A DNA stretch of 47,425 nt, from NCBI GenBank assembly GCA_016186915.1, contig JACPKU010000001.1, positions 1 through 47,425 on the forward strand, in the 5' to 3' direction. Shown piece by piece: positions 17,650 to 26,554 of this stretch (position 1 is its first letter; each line of letters starts with the position of its first letter). The translations under genes and the position numbers were made by a program. This stretch comes from Candidatus Doudnabacteria bacterium. GTDB taxonomy: Bacteria; Patescibacteriota; Doudnabacteria; UBA920; O2-02-FULL-48-8. The notes below the pieces were generated by a model. It was not told the origin of the DNA. It saw only the letters and a list, made by a program, of their open reading frames with translations, and ran no database searches.

Positions 17650-18951
17650 GTGGAACGAAAATATTACATTATTGGTGGCATAGTCCTTTTTTTGCTCATA
17701 GTTTTAGGGGCGGTTTTGTTGTTTGGCGGCGGCGGAGGCAGACAACCTAAGCCCCAAAACGTGGAGCTGACCTGGTGGAAGACGTTTGAGGACCCAAGCA
17801 ATATTTCGGAGCTGATCAGTCAGTATCAGGATTTGCATAAAAACGTCAAAATCAATTATGTCAAAAAGGATATCGCGACTTACGAACAGGAACTGATCAA
17901 TACCCTTGCCGCCGGCAACAGCCCGGATATTTTTACCATTCATAATGACTGGCTGCCTAAGCACCAAGACAAACTCACCCCCATGCCCGCGCAGCTAATG
18001 GGTCTGAGGGAGTTCCAGGAAACCTTTGTGGATCTGGCTATGTTTGATTTGGTGAAAGATGGGCAAATTTATGCGCTCCCTTTGAGCATTGACGTGCTGG
18101 CGCTTTATTATAATAAAGACATCCTTGGTTCTGCTGGTATTCCAACCCCGCCGGTCACTTGGCCAGAACTGGTCTCGGACGTGGAAAAAATCACCACGCA
18201 AGACGCTACCGGCAACTTTCTCAAATCCGGAATCGCCATGGGGGCCGCTGGTAATGTCAACCGCGCGGTGGACTTATTACTTTTGCTGATGGTGCAGAAT
18301 GGCACGGAGTTTTATTCAGCGGACCTTGCCTCTGCCCGATTTGCCGACCAACAAAATATTTCTGGTGAGCGGTTTAATCCGGGTGCTACTGCCCTGGAGT
18401 TCTATACGCAGTTCGCCAACCCCGGCAAAAAAAGCTACACCTGGAATGACCAGTCGGATTTCAGTGTGGATGCCTTTACCCAATCCAAGGTGGGCATGAT
18501 GCTGTCCTACTACTATATGATTCCAGTGATTGAGAGTAAGGCGCCGAACCTTAATTGGGCAGTGGCTCCTGCTCCGCAGGTAAGCGCCACAGGATCGAAG
18601 ATGAATTTTGCCAATTATTGGGCCGAGGGAGTGTCAAAATTTTCGCCGAATGCGGACGTGGCTTGGGATTTTTTGAAATTTATAACCGGGCGGCAGCAAC
18701 TGGAAGGGTATTATGAAAAACATAAACTGCCGGCTTCCAGAAAAGACATCCTCGCTACACAAATTCCCGACCCAGAGATAGGCGTGTTTGCCGAATCTGT
18801 CTTGACCGCAAAGAGCGTTTACAAAAAAGACGCGGGGATTTTCGAGACTGTATTTTTGAAAATGATTGATGACGTGACGTTCAGGGACTTTACTCCAGAG
18901 GAGGCAGTGCGAAACGCCGCCCAGCAGATTAATTTGGGATTGAGGAAGTAG
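17650..18951 (+). CDS. ABC transporter extracellular solute-binding protein (sugar type), orphan
   Basis: N-terminal TM anchor and SBP family-1-like sequence (PDIFTIHNDWLP, ALYYNKD). GTG is the only possible start after the in-frame stop. No permease or ATPase nearby. Confidence 0.75.
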   Translation: MERKYYIIGGIVLFLLIVLGAVLLFGGGGGRQPKPQNVELTWWKTFEDPSNISELISQYQDLHKNVKINYVKKDIATYEQELINTLAAGNSPDIFTIHNDWLPKHQDKLTPMPAQLMGLREFQETFVDLAMFDLVKDGQIYALPLSIDVLALYYNKDILGSAGIPTPPVTWPELVSDVEKITTQDATGNFLKSGIAMGAAGNVNRAVDLLLLLMVQNGTEFYSADLASARFADQQNISGERFNPGATALEFYTQFANPGKKSYTWNDQSDFSVDAFTQSKVGMMLSYYYMIPVIESKAPNLNWAVAPAPQVSATGSKMNFANYWAEGVSKFSPNADVAWDFLKFITGRQQLEGYYEKHKLPASRKDILATQIPDPEIGVFAESVLTAKSVYKKDAGIFETVFLKMIDDVTFRDFTPEEAVRNAAQQINLGLRK

Positions 18952-18980
18952 TTGCTTTTATTGGATTGGTATTGTATAGT
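18952..18980 (+). promoter_or_regulatory. candidate promoter, TTGCTT-17-TATAGT
   Basis: TTGCTT at 18952-18957 and TATAGT at 18975-18980, upstream of the first pilin-like gene. Confidence 0.4.
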
Positions 18981-19003
18981 GAAGCCAGATTGTAAATTTC
19001 AAA

Positions 19004-19438
19004 ATGTTGAAACAAAATAGAAAAATAATAGTAATTGTTTTTCTTCTAGTCGTAACTGGAACGTTTTTTTTGACCAATGTGTCGCAGGCCGCTTTGGTTA
19101 ATTGCGGTCGCACTGATCCTGCCACCAGACAAATCAGTGAGTGCCAACTTATCGATTTACTCAGAATATTAATAAGTATTATTAATATTCTCCTAGGCCT
19201 TTCCTGGTTAGCCGCTACTTTCTATTTATTCTGGGCGAGTTGGAGTATGGTCATGGCCTTCGGCAACCCAGAAGGTTTGGCTGGAGCAAAAACTTCTTTT
19301 CGCCATGCGATTTTTGGCTTCTTTTTTATTATGATAGCCTTCTTATTGATAAACTTCGCAGTTTTTGCTTTTTCCGGATATAATATAAGAGGGCAGGGTG
19401 AGGAAGGTAGTATATTTAACTTTTTTCCTGCTTTATGA
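19004..19438 (+). CDS. VirB2/TrbC-like (CPR T4SS-pilin family) small membrane protein, divergent paralog 1
   Basis: Signal peptide ending SQA, a Cys pair, then two TM helices flanking FGNPEGLAGAKTSFRHAIFG. Confidence 0.5.
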   Translation: MLKQNRKIIVIVFLLVVTGTFFLTNVSQAALVNCGRTDPATRQISECQLIDLLRILISIINILLGLSWLAATFYLFWASWSMVMAFGNPEGLAGAKTSFRHAIFGFFFIMIAFLLINFAVFAFSGYNIRGQGEEGSIFNFFPAL

Positions 19439-20112
19439 GGCAGATGTCTTTCAAAAAGTACATTTTGCTTTTAATGATAGTCTTGCTGATTCCGTCATTT
19501 GTGACGGCTCAGACGCAATGTGATCCGGCGCAGGGCCCCACTGAAAAGCTTTGTAATGCGGTTAATAATGCAAGCGACCTGCAATCATTTTTTATTAAGA
19601 GCTTAGCTATTTTTGCCTCTTTTACTACTGTCATCCCGATAATGGTAGTGGTTTTTGCAGGGTTTATGATGATCATATCCCAAGGAAATCCGGATACAGT
19701 CACAAGAGCAAAAACAGCGTTGTCCTGGGCTATCTATGGATTTATCTTGGCAGTTTCATCTTATTTTTTGCTTTTCGCGACCACTCAGTTTCTAGGAGCA
19801 ACAGCTATCCCAGATCCTACGAGCCCAAATCCTACCTTTATAGTAAACCCATTAACTAATCTTGGGCCTGATGTGGACAAAGAGTTCGGGGTTTTTCTAA
19901 AAAACATGCTCATAAATTTTATGGGCATTATAGGTGTTGTCGCATTACTCATGTTAATCATTAACGGATTGCGGTATATAACTTCTTTCGGTAACGAAGA
20001 AGCAAGCACCAAGGCAAAGGAAGGAGTCAAGTGGGCAGTAGCTGGTCTTGTCACAGCCTTATTGGCTTATGTTATAATCCGGGCTATTGCATCGTTATTA
20101 GGACTTCCATAA
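19435..20112 (+). CDS. VirB2/TrbC-like pilin-family protein, two-domain paralog 2
   Basis: Signal peptide (VTAQ), Cys pair, and two tandem hairpin modules (ISQGNPDTVTRAKTALSWAIYG and LRYITSFGNEEASTKAKEGVKWAVAG). Confidence 0.55.
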   Translation: MRQMSFKKYILLLMIVLLIPSFVTAQTQCDPAQGPTEKLCNAVNNASDLQSFFIKSLAIFASFTTVIPIMVVVFAGFMMIISQGNPDTVTRAKTALSWAIYGFILAVSSYFLLFATTQFLGATAIPDPTSPNPTFIVNPLTNLGPDVDKEFGVFLKNMLINFMGIIGVVALLMLIINGLRYITSFGNEEASTKAKEGVKWAVAGLVTALLAYVIIRAIASLLGLP

Positions 20113-20121
20113 AGTAAATAT

Positions 20122-20532
20122 ATGAAAGCAATTATTTATTCTTTTATACTAGGTATCTATCTTTTTGTGTCGTTAATAACGACGGCTTCTGTGTTTGCCC
20201 AAGCGCCGACCACGAACGCCAATATTAGCAACCCCGCTCCCGGCTATTTTATTGATTTAACTGGTCAGGGCAAAACAAATACTTTTGGCGATCTTATTCT
20301 TCTGATCGTCGAAGCCATGCTTGGTATCGTTGGTATTTTATCAGTGGCCTTTTTGATCATTGGTGGTTTTCAGTATGTGGCTTCTCGCGGAAACGAAGAG
20401 CAATCTGAATCAGCCAAAAAGACCATTGCTAATGCAATCATTGGCTTGACTATAGTTATTTTGTCGTATGTTATCATCGCGGTTATCGGAAATGCTTTGC
20501 TTGGTCGAACAAGCGGCGGAACCTTCCCTTGA
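20122..20532 (+). CDS. VirB2/TrbC-like pilin-family protein, paralog 3
   Basis: Signal peptide (VFAQA) and the motif IIGGFQYVASRGNEEQSESAKKTIANAIIGLTIVILSYVI. Confidence 0.6.
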   Translation: MKAIIYSFILGIYLFVSLITTASVFAQAPTTNANISNPAPGYFIDLTGQGKTNTFGDLILLIVEAMLGIVGILSVAFLIIGGFQYVASRGNEEQSESAKKTIANAIIGLTIVILSYVIIAVIGNALLGRTSGGTFP

Positions 20533-20534
20533 TT

Positions 20535-20563
20535 TTTACATTTGTAAATATTTATTGTATAAT
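20535..20563 (+). promoter_or_regulatory. promoter, TTTACA-17-TATAAT
   Basis: TTTACA at 20535-20540 and TATAAT at 20558-20563, inside the pilin array. Confidence 0.5.
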
Positions 20564-20628
20564 TTAAAGGTCGAAATGAACTGTGTATAAGTTCGAAATA
20601 TAAATCAAATAATTAAAAACATATTATT

Positions 20629-21039
20629 ATGTTAAAGCAAGTTTCTACAAGGCTAAGCAAGGTTTCGATCCTTGAAATAGCCCAAGTTTTAGCATTAATC
20701 CTAACACTGTTGATGCTGGTTACTCCCCTGATTGCCGGAGCGCAGCAAGGATTTCAAGTTCCTGATCCAGCACAAGGCAACACTGGTCTGCCAGGGGACA
20801 CCTCCATCACAGCTTTCATCATCCGGATCATCAACATTGCTTTGGCAATTGCCGGGTTGGTGGCGGTATTGTTCCTGATCATCGGGGGCTTCCGATATAT
20901 CACAGCAGGCGGCAATGAAGAAGCTGGCGAGTCAGCGAGAAAGATTATTACCAATGCGGTGATTGGTATTGTGGTGATTATTCTGTCGTTCGTGATAGTT
21001 CGAGTAATCTCCAACGCGTTGCTAGGCGGAACAGTATAA
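20629..21039 (+). CDS. VirB2/TrbC-like pilin-family protein, paralog 4
   Basis: Signal peptide (IAGAQQ) and the motif IIGGFRYITAGGNEEAGESARKIITNAVIGIVVIILSFVI. Confidence 0.6.
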   Translation: MLKQVSTRLSKVSILEIAQVLALILTLLMLVTPLIAGAQQGFQVPDPAQGNTGLPGDTSITAFIIRIINIALAIAGLVAVLFLIIGGFRYITAGGNEEAGESARKIITNAVIGIVVIILSFVIVRVISNALLGGTV

Positions 21040-21057
21040 AGAAATTAATTAGCATTT

Positions 21058-21429
21058 ATGTTGAAAAGATTTCCAATCTTTTCGAAGATATCTTTTGCGG
21101 TATTGGGACTTCTGATGCCAATGATAGTCTTAGCCCAAAATATTATTCCGCAGAACCCAACATCACTGCCCGGCAATTCGGGAACCACATTTACGAACAT
21201 TTTCGATTTCTATGTAAGGGTTGTTCTGGCTGTGGTTGGTATTTTGGCTGTCGCATATTTAATTTACGGGGGATTTCGTTATATCACTTCCGCCGGCAAT
21301 GAAGAAGCTACTGAATCAGCAAAGAATATTATTAAGAGTGCTGTTATTGGATTAATTATAGTTATCTTCTCTTTTGTGATCGTGATTGTGATTAGTAATG
21401 CGTTGCTGCCTCAGGGAGCTGGACCATAA
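21058..21429 (+). CDS. VirB2/TrbC-like pilin-family protein, paralog 5
   Basis: Signal peptide (VLAQ) and the motif IYGGFRYITSAGNEEATESAKNIIKSAVIGLIIVIFSFVI. Confidence 0.6.
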   Translation: MLKRFPIFSKISFAVLGLLMPMIVLAQNIIPQNPTSLPGNSGTTFTNIFDFYVRVVLAVVGILAVAYLIYGGFRYITSAGNEEATESAKNIIKSAVIGLIIVIFSFVIVIVISNALLPQGAGP

Positions 21430-21447
21430 ATTAGAAATAAAAATAAG

Positions 21448-21476
21448 GAGCCGTTCGCGCAGGGCGCGAACGGCTC
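21448..21476 (-). terminator. GC-rich intrinsic terminator at the left island edge
   Basis: Perfect 13-bp stem GAGCCGTTCGCGC/GCGCGAACGGCTC with a 3-nt loop. On the minus strand it is followed by CTTATTTTTATTT. Confidence 0.7.
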
Positions 21477-21539
21477 TTGTCGTTCTTGAACGGATCCTTA
21501 TCTCCTTTTGACGGATCCGTCCGGGTTCTCGACGAAGTG

Positions 21540-22505
21540 TCAACGCTTGCAGACGACGTTTGTGGGAGGAATCCAGTTGTCGTCAACATCCGGCCAGCTG
21601 TACCGGTCTCTGCTGAGCCTGATGTTCGAGTATTTTTCGCCGTCAAGCGCTCGTCGCGCTGCCTGTTCAGTGACCATGATCGGGACCTTCAGGGCGTGAA
21701 GTGTCCCGTCGATCTTCTTGGCCACGATCAGTTCGTGCTGTCCGGCTGCGACCACTGGCCTAGCATCGCCTTTTGCGCTATTCATCTGAGAGGCCGTGCC
21801 GATGACACAGCCGTCGAGCCGGACTTCCGTATCGCGGCAGAACCTCTCGGATTCGCAGTCGAATCCGACCAATCCCTTGTCTCCAGCCAGGAAGAAAGTC
21901 TGCCAGTCTCTGGCCTGACCAGCTCCGTAGCCGTAGTAGGACGAGTACGGATACCCCCCGAACCCAACGCCGAACTGCGGGTAGACATTCCCGTACCCGC
22001 CGTATGTAACCTGCCGTAGCGGCGCAGTGGCTGCGTTGTATGCTGCCCAGGCGTCGTGCTGGGCCTGATTGACGTCGAGCCAGGTCGGTCCAGTCAGCTG
22101 GACTGCGTCTGACACCACTGCAGAGGCAAGCGAGCGGAACGGTTGCTGCGTCGGAGTTCGTTGCCGGGTTGATTCAGGCAGATCCTGGCTCTGCCTCTGG
22201 ACGTGAAGGGTCCGGCCGTCAATCACCGCTTCGAACCCGTGAGGTTCGAGCAGGGCGTCGATGGCGCCGAGGTAGTTGTCGACGTCCACTTCTCCGTGCC
22301 AGGTGGCGGAGATCGTGTCGTCGAATATGACCCCAAGTCCCATCTGCCTGCCGAGGGCCGTCACGATGTCCGCAATCGGCGTGGGCTCGGTGAACTCCAG
22401 CACGGCAGCCGGATCCGGCTGCTGCGCGGACACGGGTGTGCCGACGCAGACGACGAGCGCGAGGACGAACGAAACGAGCGTGATGAGCGTGTTATGCTTC
22501 GTCAT
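21540..22505 (-). CDS. island ORF7: secreted protein, STN/secretin-N-like + Gly/Tyr-rich + PEGA-like segments
   Basis: Signal peptide (VSAQQ). IADIVTALGRQMGLGVIFDD...ALLEPHGFEAVIDGRTLHV resembles secretin/TonB short N-terminal domains. It also has YGGYGNVYPQFGVGFGGYPYSSYYGYG, and C-terminal EVRLDGCVIGT..AAGQHELIV is PEGA-like. SD is AAAGGAGGG. Confidence 0.75.
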   Translation of the reverse strand: MTKHNTLITLVSFVLALVVCVGTPVSAQQPDPAAVLEFTEPTPIADIVTALGRQMGLGVIFDDTISATWHGEVDVDNYLGAIDALLEPHGFEAVIDGRTLHVQRQSQDLPESTRQRTPTQQPFRSLASAVVSDAVQLTGPTWLDVNQAQHDAWAAYNAATAPLRQVTYGGYGNVYPQFGVGFGGYPYSSYYGYGAGQARDWQTFFLAGDKGLVGFDCESERFCRDTEVRLDGCVIGTASQMNSAKGDARPVVAAGQHELIVAKKIDGTLHALKVPIMVTEQAARRALDGEKYSNIRLSRDRYSWPDVDDNWIPPTNVVCKR

Positions 22506-22648
22506 TGTGATAGCCCTCCTTTGGGCTGGGAAATTGACGCCTTGGAGGGCGCCATCATGTTGTCTATGTCATTCCGGACTCCGATCCGTCTGCCTCCGGC
22601 AGATGAACCAAGTTCAGAATGACATAAAGATGTTTGTTTTGACTCCAA

Positions 22649-22677
22649 ATTCTAGCAAAAAACCCCTTACTTGTCAA
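22649..22677 (-). promoter_or_regulatory. island promoter 3, TTGACA-N14-TGC-TAGAAT
   Basis: On the minus strand, TTGACA at 22677-22672, 17-nt spacer, TAGAAT at 22654-22649. About 137-nt leader to ATG 22505. Confidence 0.6.
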
Positions 22678-22827
22678 GGGTTTTGCGACCCTTCGCCTGA
22701 CTCATCGAGATTTAAAACTAAAGACATTCGCATCATTCGAATCATTCCACGAACGAAAAAAAAGCAAAATAACCGATTAGGATTAAACAGAGCAGGAGCC
22801 TGGCAGATGTTTGCGCGTAATTCCTGC

Positions 22828-22871
22828 CAAAAGAAAGAGGCGCAGCCGACCGTGTGGTCAAAGCTGCGCCC
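22828..22871 (-). terminator. intrinsic terminator after island ORF6
   Basis: GGCGCAGC (22839-22846) pairs with GCTGCGCC (22863-22870). On the minus strand a TCTTTCTTTTGG tract follows. Confidence 0.55.
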
Positions 22872-22922
22872 TGTTTGTGCTTGGGGCGACTCTAGGTCGC
22901 CCGAAGCGGATTGTTTCCTCCT

Positions 22923-23777
22923 CTAGTTTGTATTTGCTACCATCACACCGGACGGCGGTGGGGTGGCTGGCTTGGGCCCGGTCACCAGTTCGTGAAATTC
23001 GATCACGAACTGCGTTCCGATACCGTCGCCATAGTAGCTGGCACCGTCGCCATCATTCACGCCGAGTTGGATGGTGCCGCTTCCAACCACGTCCGGGTCC
23101 CAAATTTTCAGGGACCCGTGGAATTGCCATTCCGTGCACTCGCCGCGAGCGACGCACAGCCTGGCGATGGCAGCCAGGTACGGGGCGTTGTTCGCCCGCA
23201 GAGTCATCCCCTTCGGCCGGAAGTCCCGGCCAACCGGTGCCCACTGACCATTCCGCTTGATCCGGATTGGCCCGTCCGGATCAGCCACGATGTGAGCCCC
23301 GTCGTTGGAGTACACCTCCCCCGATAGTGTCAGCACCGACTTCACCACCAAGGGGATGTAACCTTGGGGTGAGTAGGTCCCGGCGCTCACGACTGGTACC
23401 CTCGGCCGTTCAAGGAGGTTCTTCGCCGCCAGTTTCGCGGCTTGCCGGTATCTCAGTCTCCGGCCGTCTGCCTTGCCGAAGCTGAGCAGTTCTCGACCGA
23501 ACTGCTCGTCGTCTCCGCCGACGAGCAGTTGGAGCTCTGGCTCTGCCTGACCGACCTTGGCGACTTCGTGATCGTCCGCCATGTAGTCGATCATCCGAAG
23601 CCCGGCCTCGGAGCGGGGATGGAGGTATCGGTCTAGGGCAGGGATTATTCCCCAGGTCGCACCGTAGTAAACCCCCGCAGTGATGAGCGCGAATTTTGCC
23701 CACCATGCGAGTTTCGACCACAGCCAGCGGAGAGGGGCGAAGAGCCCCTGAACGAACGAACGAATTCTGCTAAACAT
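22923..23777 (-). CDS. island ORF6: N-terminally anchored protein with possible LecA/PA-IL-like lectin domain
   Basis: TM helix AKFALITAGVYYGATWGIIPAL. C-terminal IQLGVNDGDGASYYGDGIGTQFVIEF resembles the PA-IL lectin ND...Y.DN.G.F.V.I signature (weak). SD is AAGGGGGGAG. Confidence 0.7.
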   Translation of the reverse strand: MFSRIRSFVQGLFAPLRWLWSKLAWWAKFALITAGVYYGATWGIIPALDRYLHPRSEAGLRMIDYMADDHEVAKVGQAEPELQLLVGGDDEQFGRELLSFGKADGRRLRYRQAAKLAAKNLLERPRVPVVSAGTYSPQGYIPLVVKSVLTLSGEVYSNDGAHIVADPDGPIRIKRNGQWAPVGRDFRPKGMTLRANNAPYLAAIARLCVARGECTEWQFHGSLKIWDPDVVGSGTIQLGVNDGDGASYYGDGIGTQFVIEFHELVTGPKPATPPPSGVMVANTN

Positions 23778-24030
23778 GGACTCCCCCCTTCTTTTTCATG
23801 ACAAGCAATCCAATGATCACGGCCAGAACCACGACTGGCCTCAGAGTGACCGGCACGTCGCTGAGCTTGCTTGCGACTTCGCCAGTTTTCTCCTTGAGCC
23901 AGTGGAACGCATTGGCCGTGCTGTCACGAATACCTTGGAACCACGACTCATTGCCGCCTGCCGTGGGTTTTGGATCGTTGCCAAGCCGCATGCGGTCGAT
24001 CGCGACCAGGTCGGCGTTGGCCTGTGCCAA
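23770..24030 (-). CDS. island ORF5: small tail-anchored membrane protein
   Basis: C-terminal TM helix PVVVLAVIIGLLVM followed by KKKGG. 8-nt overlap with ORF6. Start is uncertain (TTG at 24030 or ATG at 23991). Confidence 0.5.
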   Translation of the reverse strand: MAQANADLVAIDRMRLGNDPKPTAGGNESWFQGIRDSTANAFHWLKEKTGEVASKLSDVPVTLRPVVVLAVIIGLLVMKKKGGVHV

Positions 24031-24048
24031 TACCGTCTGGATTTCCGG

Positions 24049-24624
24049 TTATACCAGCGTGGCAGTGCACCGGAATGGTCCAGTCGAGACTCTCTTCGCT
24101 TCGTCCCACCCCCAGCAGTTGTCTGTCCCGACTTTCTGATAGACCGCTGAGAGCTTGGTGCGCAGCTCCGCCTCGGCCTTGCTGCCCATCTGGCGGCGGT
24201 AGAGGATGAGAAACTCCCTCATCCGCGTGCCGAGGGGATCGAGGCCAGAGGCGATCCGGACATCCAGATCTTCCGCGCGACGCCGGGCTGCTTGTTCTGT
24301 GTGCGGCGGTAGGAGCCCGTAGAGAAGCTCCTTGAGGTCCTGCTGCAGGCTGGGGATGATTCTGAAACCCACACCCAGCAGAACCATGCCGAGGATGACC
24401 ATCCCGGCGATCCGGACCATGCGATCGTCGATCGTCGCCGCCGGGCGAAGGTGATCGATCAGCACTGCCGAGAGCACGAGGATGAGCAGCCCGGAAGTGA
24501 TCGCCCCGCCGGCTGAGGTGCCTAGCAGTGCGTTGATCGTAGGGCCGATCACTAGCACGGCCCCAGCAGCAACGGCGATTTTGGTGGCCAGTGTCTGGCC
24601 ACCACCGGGTGTTGTGTCAGGCAT
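24049..24624 (-). CDS. island ORF4: polytopic membrane protein, unknown function
   Basis: Three TM segments, then a charged soluble tail. The start lies 6 nt after the ORF3 stop, with a GAGGGG SD. Confidence 0.65.
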   Translation of the reverse strand: MPDTTPGGGQTLATKIAVAAGAVLVIGPTINALLGTSAGGAITSGLLILVLSAVLIDHLRPAATIDDRMVRIAGMVILGMVLLGVGFRIIPSLQQDLKELLYGLLPPHTEQAARRRAEDLDVRIASGLDPLGTRMREFLILYRRQMGSKAEAELRTKLSAVYQKVGTDNCWGWDEAKRVSTGPFRCTATLV

Positions 24625-24630
24625 GGCCCC

Positions 24631-26175
24631 TCACTTTCCGATTCCGAAAAGTTTTCTCAGGCCGCGGGAGATTGGTCCCAGCAGTTCCAGGACTTCATCC
24701 ACAGCCAGAATACCCAAAATCCAACGCCAAATGCCTCGGGTGGGTTCACTGCCCTTCCCGCTTCTTCGAGGCGGGCGTTTGGAACCACCAGCCAGGACAC
24801 GGGCGAGTGCGGCCAGCCACGAGGCTGAGCCGCTTCGCTGAGCGCGTTCGGTCTTCTTCTCTGCCCAGGCCTGCAGTTCGTCTGCGAAGGCCAGGAAGGT
24901 GTAGAAGAAGGTGCCGAGCCACATCAGCGCCAGAGTCACCAACCGTTTGATCCAACCCAGTAGCGATTGGTCTGGCAGGAGCCAGCGTGCGACCGGGTTG
25001 AGCGTCCGTTGTGTGAGACCTGGCCTTTCGGACCCGGTTTCTGTCTCTGCCTGTTCGAGTAGTCCGGACTGTCGGAGTTCCTCGATTTCGGCGTCTGTGC
25101 CCGAGTAGCCGAAACGTTCCAAGTTGGAAGCCCGCTGCTGTGCCTCGGTCATCTCACTGCGAGAAACGAAGCTAGGCAGGGGTTCCGGAGTGCCTGGCAC
25201 CCAGATTGTGACAAGGACAGCCACAAGGAGTGCGAGCCAGCAGGTGATGACCCAGACGGTCCACCACCGGTTGTTCGTACCCATGATCCCTTCGAGCCGC
25301 TGGTTGAGCCTCTTCGCCGTGGCCTCGCCTCCCCGGAAGAGACTAATTGCCCAGTAACTCGCTACACTCATTGCGATCAGGCTGGGAAGCAGGAAGCTGC
25401 CGAACCAGACGGTGAGCAAGGCGAACAGCGGTAGCCAGCTCCAGAAGAACCGAAGCTGTGGGTTGCCGCCTTCCCATTCGGCGATGAGGTGCTTGATCGT
25501 GCCGGCTCCGGGTGCGACCGCAGGCGCGCTGGCCTTCGGTCCGTGCAAGACCAGGTCGTAGGACTTGTTGAGCCCCTCCACGAAGATGTCGATCTCCGTG
25601 CGAGGCTCTTCGACTTCGAATTCCCACGACATTCCGCCTTCCGGCACATCCAGGTCACGAATGATGCTGCCGGCGGCGTAGTCCGTGCCGTTGAGTCTGA
25701 CAGCTTCCACTGGCCGCAGGCGGAGCTTGACGGCCTTGGAGTTGTTTTGATCGTTCTTCACGATCAGATGAACCGAGTACCGGTTCGGCGCCAGTCGCCG
25801 CGGCAGCCAGTGGAGCTCGTAGCTCAACAGATCTTCCGTGGCCTTGACCTTAACTGGCACACTGACCGTGGTTTCACGAAACGCGACACCGTCCACGGTC
25901 TCAGCCTTGAGCTTGGTCTGGGCGATGCTGTCCGGAACCTTAAAGATCCATTCAGCCTCACCCTGCAGGTTGGTCGTCGGCATGTTACCGGCTTCCGCGA
26001 TACCATCGCGGGAAAACGCGATAACCTTGCCGTTGATCGGGTTGCCGTCTTGCGTGAAGACTGCCTTCACCTTGACCTCACGCTTGTCTGTGATTTCAGT
26101 CACCAACAGGGTGAGGTTGGTTCGGGGCCTGGGAGGCCCGCCTCCTCTTCTGCCTCGTCCTCTTCCATTTGGCAT
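24631..26175 (-). CDS. island ORF3: RG-rich N-terminus + beta-sandwich-like modules + multi-TM protein, unknown function
   Basis: Start set at MPNGRGRGRRGGG (ATG 26175, GGAGGA 5 nt upstream). About 220 aa of beta-rich sequence, then at least 4 TM helices and amphipathic segments. Confidence 0.75.
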   Translation of the reverse strand: MPNGRGRGRRGGGPPRPRTNLTLLVTEITDKREVKVKAVFTQDGNPINGKVIAFSRDGIAEAGNMPTTNLQGEAEWIFKVPDSIAQTKLKAETVDGVAFRETTVSVPVKVKATEDLLSYELHWLPRRLAPNRYSVHLIVKNDQNNSKAVKLRLRPVEAVRLNGTDYAAGSIIRDLDVPEGGMSWEFEVEEPRTEIDIFVEGLNKSYDLVLHGPKASAPAVAPGAGTIKHLIAEWEGGNPQLRFFWSWLPLFALLTVWFGSFLLPSLIAMSVASYWAISLFRGGEATAKRLNQRLEGIMGTNNRWWTVWVITCWLALLVAVLVTIWVPGTPEPLPSFVSRSEMTEAQQRASNLERFGYSGTDAEIEELRQSGLLEQAETETGSERPGLTQRTLNPVARWLLPDQSLLGWIKRLVTLALMWLGTFFYTFLAFADELQAWAEKKTERAQRSGSASWLAALARVLAGGSKRPPRRSGKGSEPTRGIWRWILGILAVDEVLELLGPISRGLRKLFGIGK

Positions 26176-26335
26176 GTCTGTCCTCCATCGCGCTTTTGGC
26201 GCGGAAACATACTCCACAAAAAGGAGCGATTGAATATATTGAAAGACCGGTTTATTTCACCCGATCTGTTGCTCGGTTGTTAAAGAACCCGTTAGCATGT
26301 TTCCGCACTTAAGCGGGCAGACATGGTAACGTCGC

Positions 26336-26364
26336 ATATTAGCAAAAAAGCCCTGTTTTGTCAA
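26336..26364 (-). promoter_or_regulatory. island promoter 2, TTGACA-N14-TGC-TAATAT
   Basis: On the minus strand, TTGACA at 26364-26359, 17-nt spacer, TAATAT at 26341-26336. About 154-nt leader. Confidence 0.6.
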
Positions 26365-26450
26365 TGGCCGCGAATTTACAAGTTTGAGGGTTTATAAATA
26401 TTCAAATAGCTTACAAAATTAGCGATAGCTAAGAATGTAAGATAGGATTT

Positions 26451-26540
26451 TTATAAAAAAGAGGGTGCTCACTTCGCGATGAAGTGTACACCCTCTGTGT
26501 TGTTCCGGACCCTTTTCGCTCGGGGAGAGCGAAAAGGGTC
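26451..26540 (-). terminator. two tandem hairpins terminating island ORF2
   Basis: A 14-bp perfect stem GACCCTTTTCGCTC/GAGCGAAAAGGGTC at 26508-26540. Then AGAGGGTG.../...CACCCTCT at 26460-26496, followed on the minus strand by TTTTTTATAA. Confidence 0.7.
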
Positions 26541-26554
26541 ACGGGATAGTCATC

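Noticed and set aside
21477-22926. Long + strand ORFs inside the island (21477-22019, 22203-22622, 22276-22926).
   Set aside because: They are antisense shadows of the minus-strand genes in high-GC DNA. They have Arg/Ser/Pro-rich low-complexity translations, no SD sequences, and they run across the AT-rich promoter/terminator spacer.
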